DNA of 64,000 nucleotides from Candidatus Izemoplasma sp. (GTDB taxonomy: Bacteria > Bacillota_I > Bacilli_A > Izemoplasmatales > Hujiaoplasmataceae): positions 4,306 to 68,305 of the forward strand of contig JAIPGD010000003.1 in the NCBI GenBank assembly GCA_021736305.1, read 5' to 3'. Each line of letters begins with the position of its first letter. The first letter of the stretch is position 1. Shown piece after piece: positions 62,086-64,000 of this stretch. The notes beneath the pieces are model-generated. The model did not search any database, was not told where the DNA came from, and worked only from the letters and a program-made list of their open reading frames with translations. The position numbers were made by a program, and so were the translations under genes.

Positions 62086-62960
62086 TATTTAATACCTGAA
62101 TGTGCCATAGTATTCATGACTTTATTTTGTAAAATTATAAATAGAACAATGTTTGGTGCAAACATTATAAAACTTGCTGCCGCCCTCATACCTTGTCCTG
62201 CTACAGGGTTACCAACTAGAGCTGTCAATGTAGAAAAATAGAATGGCAAAGTTTTCAAACTATCACTGTCTACATAAAGCGCTGATCCTAAAGTATCATT
62301 CCAAATTAACTGGAAGGATAGAATTCCAACAGTCGCAACTGCCGGAGCAATAATTGGCATGATAATTTTCAAGAAAATTTGCATCTCACTAGCTCCATCA
62401 ATTTTTGCTGACTCAATCACCTCATTAGGTGTTTGATCAATAAATTGTTTAACCAAAAACAAACCAACAGGAATAGCGATTAATGGCAAAATAAGTGCAA
62501 AATATGAATCAATAATACCAATTTTTGACATAGTTAAATACCTTGGAATAGTTACCGCAATCGGTACAAACATTAACGCCAAGGTATTTATTTCAAACAA
62601 TAATTTCTTGCCCTTAAACTTTAGCTTTGATAAACCATATGCAGCTAAAGATGTAATTAAAATACTCAAAAACACCCCAACTACTGTTACCAAAATACTG
62701 TTAAACAAATAACGACTAAAAGGTATACCTGATTCCGCAGCTAAACTTACTAAATTCTTGAAATTATCTAAAGTTGGCCTTCTAACAAGAAATCTTGGTG
62801 GCCAAGCATATAGTTCATTTGTTGGTTTAAATGCATGACTAATAATAAAAACAATTGGCAATCCAACAAATATAGACATTGGAATCAATACTGCAAAGAA
62901 TTTAATTTGACTTTTATGAAATTTTTTAGGGTTGATTTTAGTTCCGCTAAATTTTGACAT
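62085..62960 (-). CDS. CUT1 carbohydrate ABC permease (MalG-like)
   Basis: EAA loop ESAKIDGASEMQIFLKIIMPIIAP. The start is ATG 62960 (AGGTGA RBS) or the GTG at 62969, which overlaps the upstream TGA. Confidence 0.85.
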   Translation of the reverse strand: MSKFSGTKINPKKFHKSQIKFFAVLIPMSIFVGLPIVFIISHAFKPTNELYAWPPRFLVRRPTLDNFKNLVSLAAESGIPFSRYLFNSILVTVVGVFLSILITSLAAYGLSKLKFKGKKLLFEINTLALMFVPIAVTIPRYLTMSKIGIIDSYFALILPLIAIPVGLFLVKQFIDQTPNEVIESAKIDGASEMQIFLKIIMPIIAPAVATVGILSFQLIWNDTLGSALYVDSDSLKTLPFYFSTLTALVGNPVAGQGMRAAASFIMFAPNIVLFIILQNKVMNTMAHSGIK

Positions 62961-62965
62961 ATGTC

Positions 62966-63859
62966 TCACCTATTCTTTTCGCCTAGTAAATTAAAAGTTA
63001 CTTTTGAAATACTATATATCATTATTAAAAGGACTACTGAAACAGCTGATGCATAACCCATTAAATATCTAATAAACCCAAAATCTTCAATATGATTAAC
63101 CATCAATTGCCCAGCGTATTGTGGCGTAGGATTTGCTCCAGATAGCTGGACACCTATTGCTCCAACAGTAAACGTTCCTACAACTGACATTACTGCTCCA
63201 AAAAGCATCTGGGGTTTCATAGACGGAATTGTAATATAAAAGATTTCTTGCCAACGATTTCTCATGCCATCAACATAAGCAGCTTCATACAAGCTCTGAT
63301 CAATATTTAGAATACCAGCTAACATTGCTAAAAATCCAACCCCCATTGACCCCCATAATGAAACAATAATCATTATGTTCATCAAATAATCTGGTGATTG
63401 TAAAAATTGTATTGGTTCTTGAATCATCCCCCAGTTCATCAATAAAGCGTTAAGATAACCGGTGGAATTACCAGAGAAAATAACTGTCCATACTACAGCC
63501 ATTGCAATACCCGCTGTCATCGAAGGACTGTAGAGTATTATCGCAATAATAGTTCTTGCTCGATGAGGAATTTGAGCTAACATCCAAGCCAATATAAAAC
63601 TTAGCATGTAACCTACTGGTCCAACAATAAAAGCAAATTTTATCGTATTAGGTAAAACATATTGCATAAACACTTCATCTCTTGTCAATAATTCAATATA
63701 GTTTCTTAAGCCTACAACTTCAGGGGTTTCAATAGTATTAAAATATGTAAAAGAAAGAACAATCGCTATCAATACCGGAATAATAATAAATGTAAAAAAC
63801 AACATTACATAAGGGGTCAAAAACCACCATGGAGAATTCATTTTACTAGTCATCATCAT
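62966..63859 (-). CDS. CUT1 carbohydrate ABC permease (MalF-like)
   Basis: EAA loop [25 protein letters not shown] with 6 TM segments. It ends in TGA. Confidence 0.85.
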   Translation of the reverse strand: MMMTSKMNSPWWFLTPYVMLFFTFIIIPVLIAIVLSFTYFNTIETPEVVGLRNYIELLTRDEVFMQYVLPNTIKFAFIVGPVGYMLSFILAWMLAQIPHRARTIIAIILYSPSMTAGIAMAVVWTVIFSGNSTGYLNALLMNWGMIQEPIQFLQSPDYLMNIMIIVSLWGSMGVGFLAMLAGILNIDQSLYEAAYVDGMRNRWQEIFYITIPSMKPQMLFGAVMSVVGTFTVGAIGVQLSGANPTPQYAGQLMVNHIEDFGFIRYLMGYASAVSVVLLIMIYSISKVTFNLLGEKNR

Positions 63860-64000
63860 GCTCCTTTAACCAATAGTCTATGTTATAAATTGTTGGTACA
63901 GTATATGATTTAATTACTACACCATTTTCAACATAGCCAAATTCTTCCATCCTATATAGAATTTCGCGATTAGCAGTTTTAACTGCCTCATCTAAAGCAA
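63846..64000 (-). CDS. C-terminal end of an extracellular solute-binding protein (family 1); gene runs off the right edge
   Basis: Not in the ORF track. Minus-strand translation: ...[50 protein letters not shown]. The ALDEAVKxAN helix is typical of the C-terminus of sugar SBPs. It overlaps the permease start by 14 nt. Confidence 0.55.
   Translation of the reverse strand, partial: ALDEAVKTANREILYRMEEFGYVENGVVIKSYTVPTIYNIDYWLKEHDDD

Overview
The window is a visibly AT-rich, standard-code (TGA = stop) chromosome segment from a low-GC Bacillota or Acholeplasma-like Mollicute. All calls come from reading the ORF translations and the DNA; no searches were run.

Positions 1-33 kb hold almost uninterrupted minus-strand housekeeping genes in an order very close to the B. 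subtilis yne/yqe/yqf regions: nadC, parE-parC, plsY, yneF, nif3-trmK-sigA-dnaG, glyQS, recO, era, cdd, ybeY, phoH, rpsU, mtaB, rsmE, dnaJ-dnaK-grpE-hrcA. The hrcA promoter carries two CIRCE elements.

The main anomaly is a self-contained four-gene operon inserted between dnaJ and rsmE. It encodes a PadR regulator plus a kleisin-like, a KITE-like and a 1081-aa MukB/MksB/JetC-type SMC ATPase. It has its own promoter, palindromic operator and terminator, and sits downstream of a 22-nt homopolymer. No JetD/MksG-type nuclease gene is anywhere in the window.

A second oddity is a GLUG-repeat lipoprotein and a possibly degenerate Fic-like wHTH protein co-operonic with topoisomerase IV.

Positions 33-64 kb are carbohydrate catabolism:
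- two Gfo/Idh/MocA oxidoreductases;
- a xylose regulon (xylR, xylAB, a sugar ABC importer);
- AKR, aldose epimerase and a ribokinase-superfamily kinase;
- a long beta-1,3-glucan (laminarin-type) operon with two GH16 enzymes, GH3, LacI, MsmK-type ATPase and two CUT1 permease pairs, which flank an NHL-propeller::Yip1 membrane fusion and a 783-aa secreted protein of unknown function.

I saw no rRNA, tRNA, CRISPR or mobile elements. Two real small genes (ferredoxin, rpsU) are missing from the ORF track.
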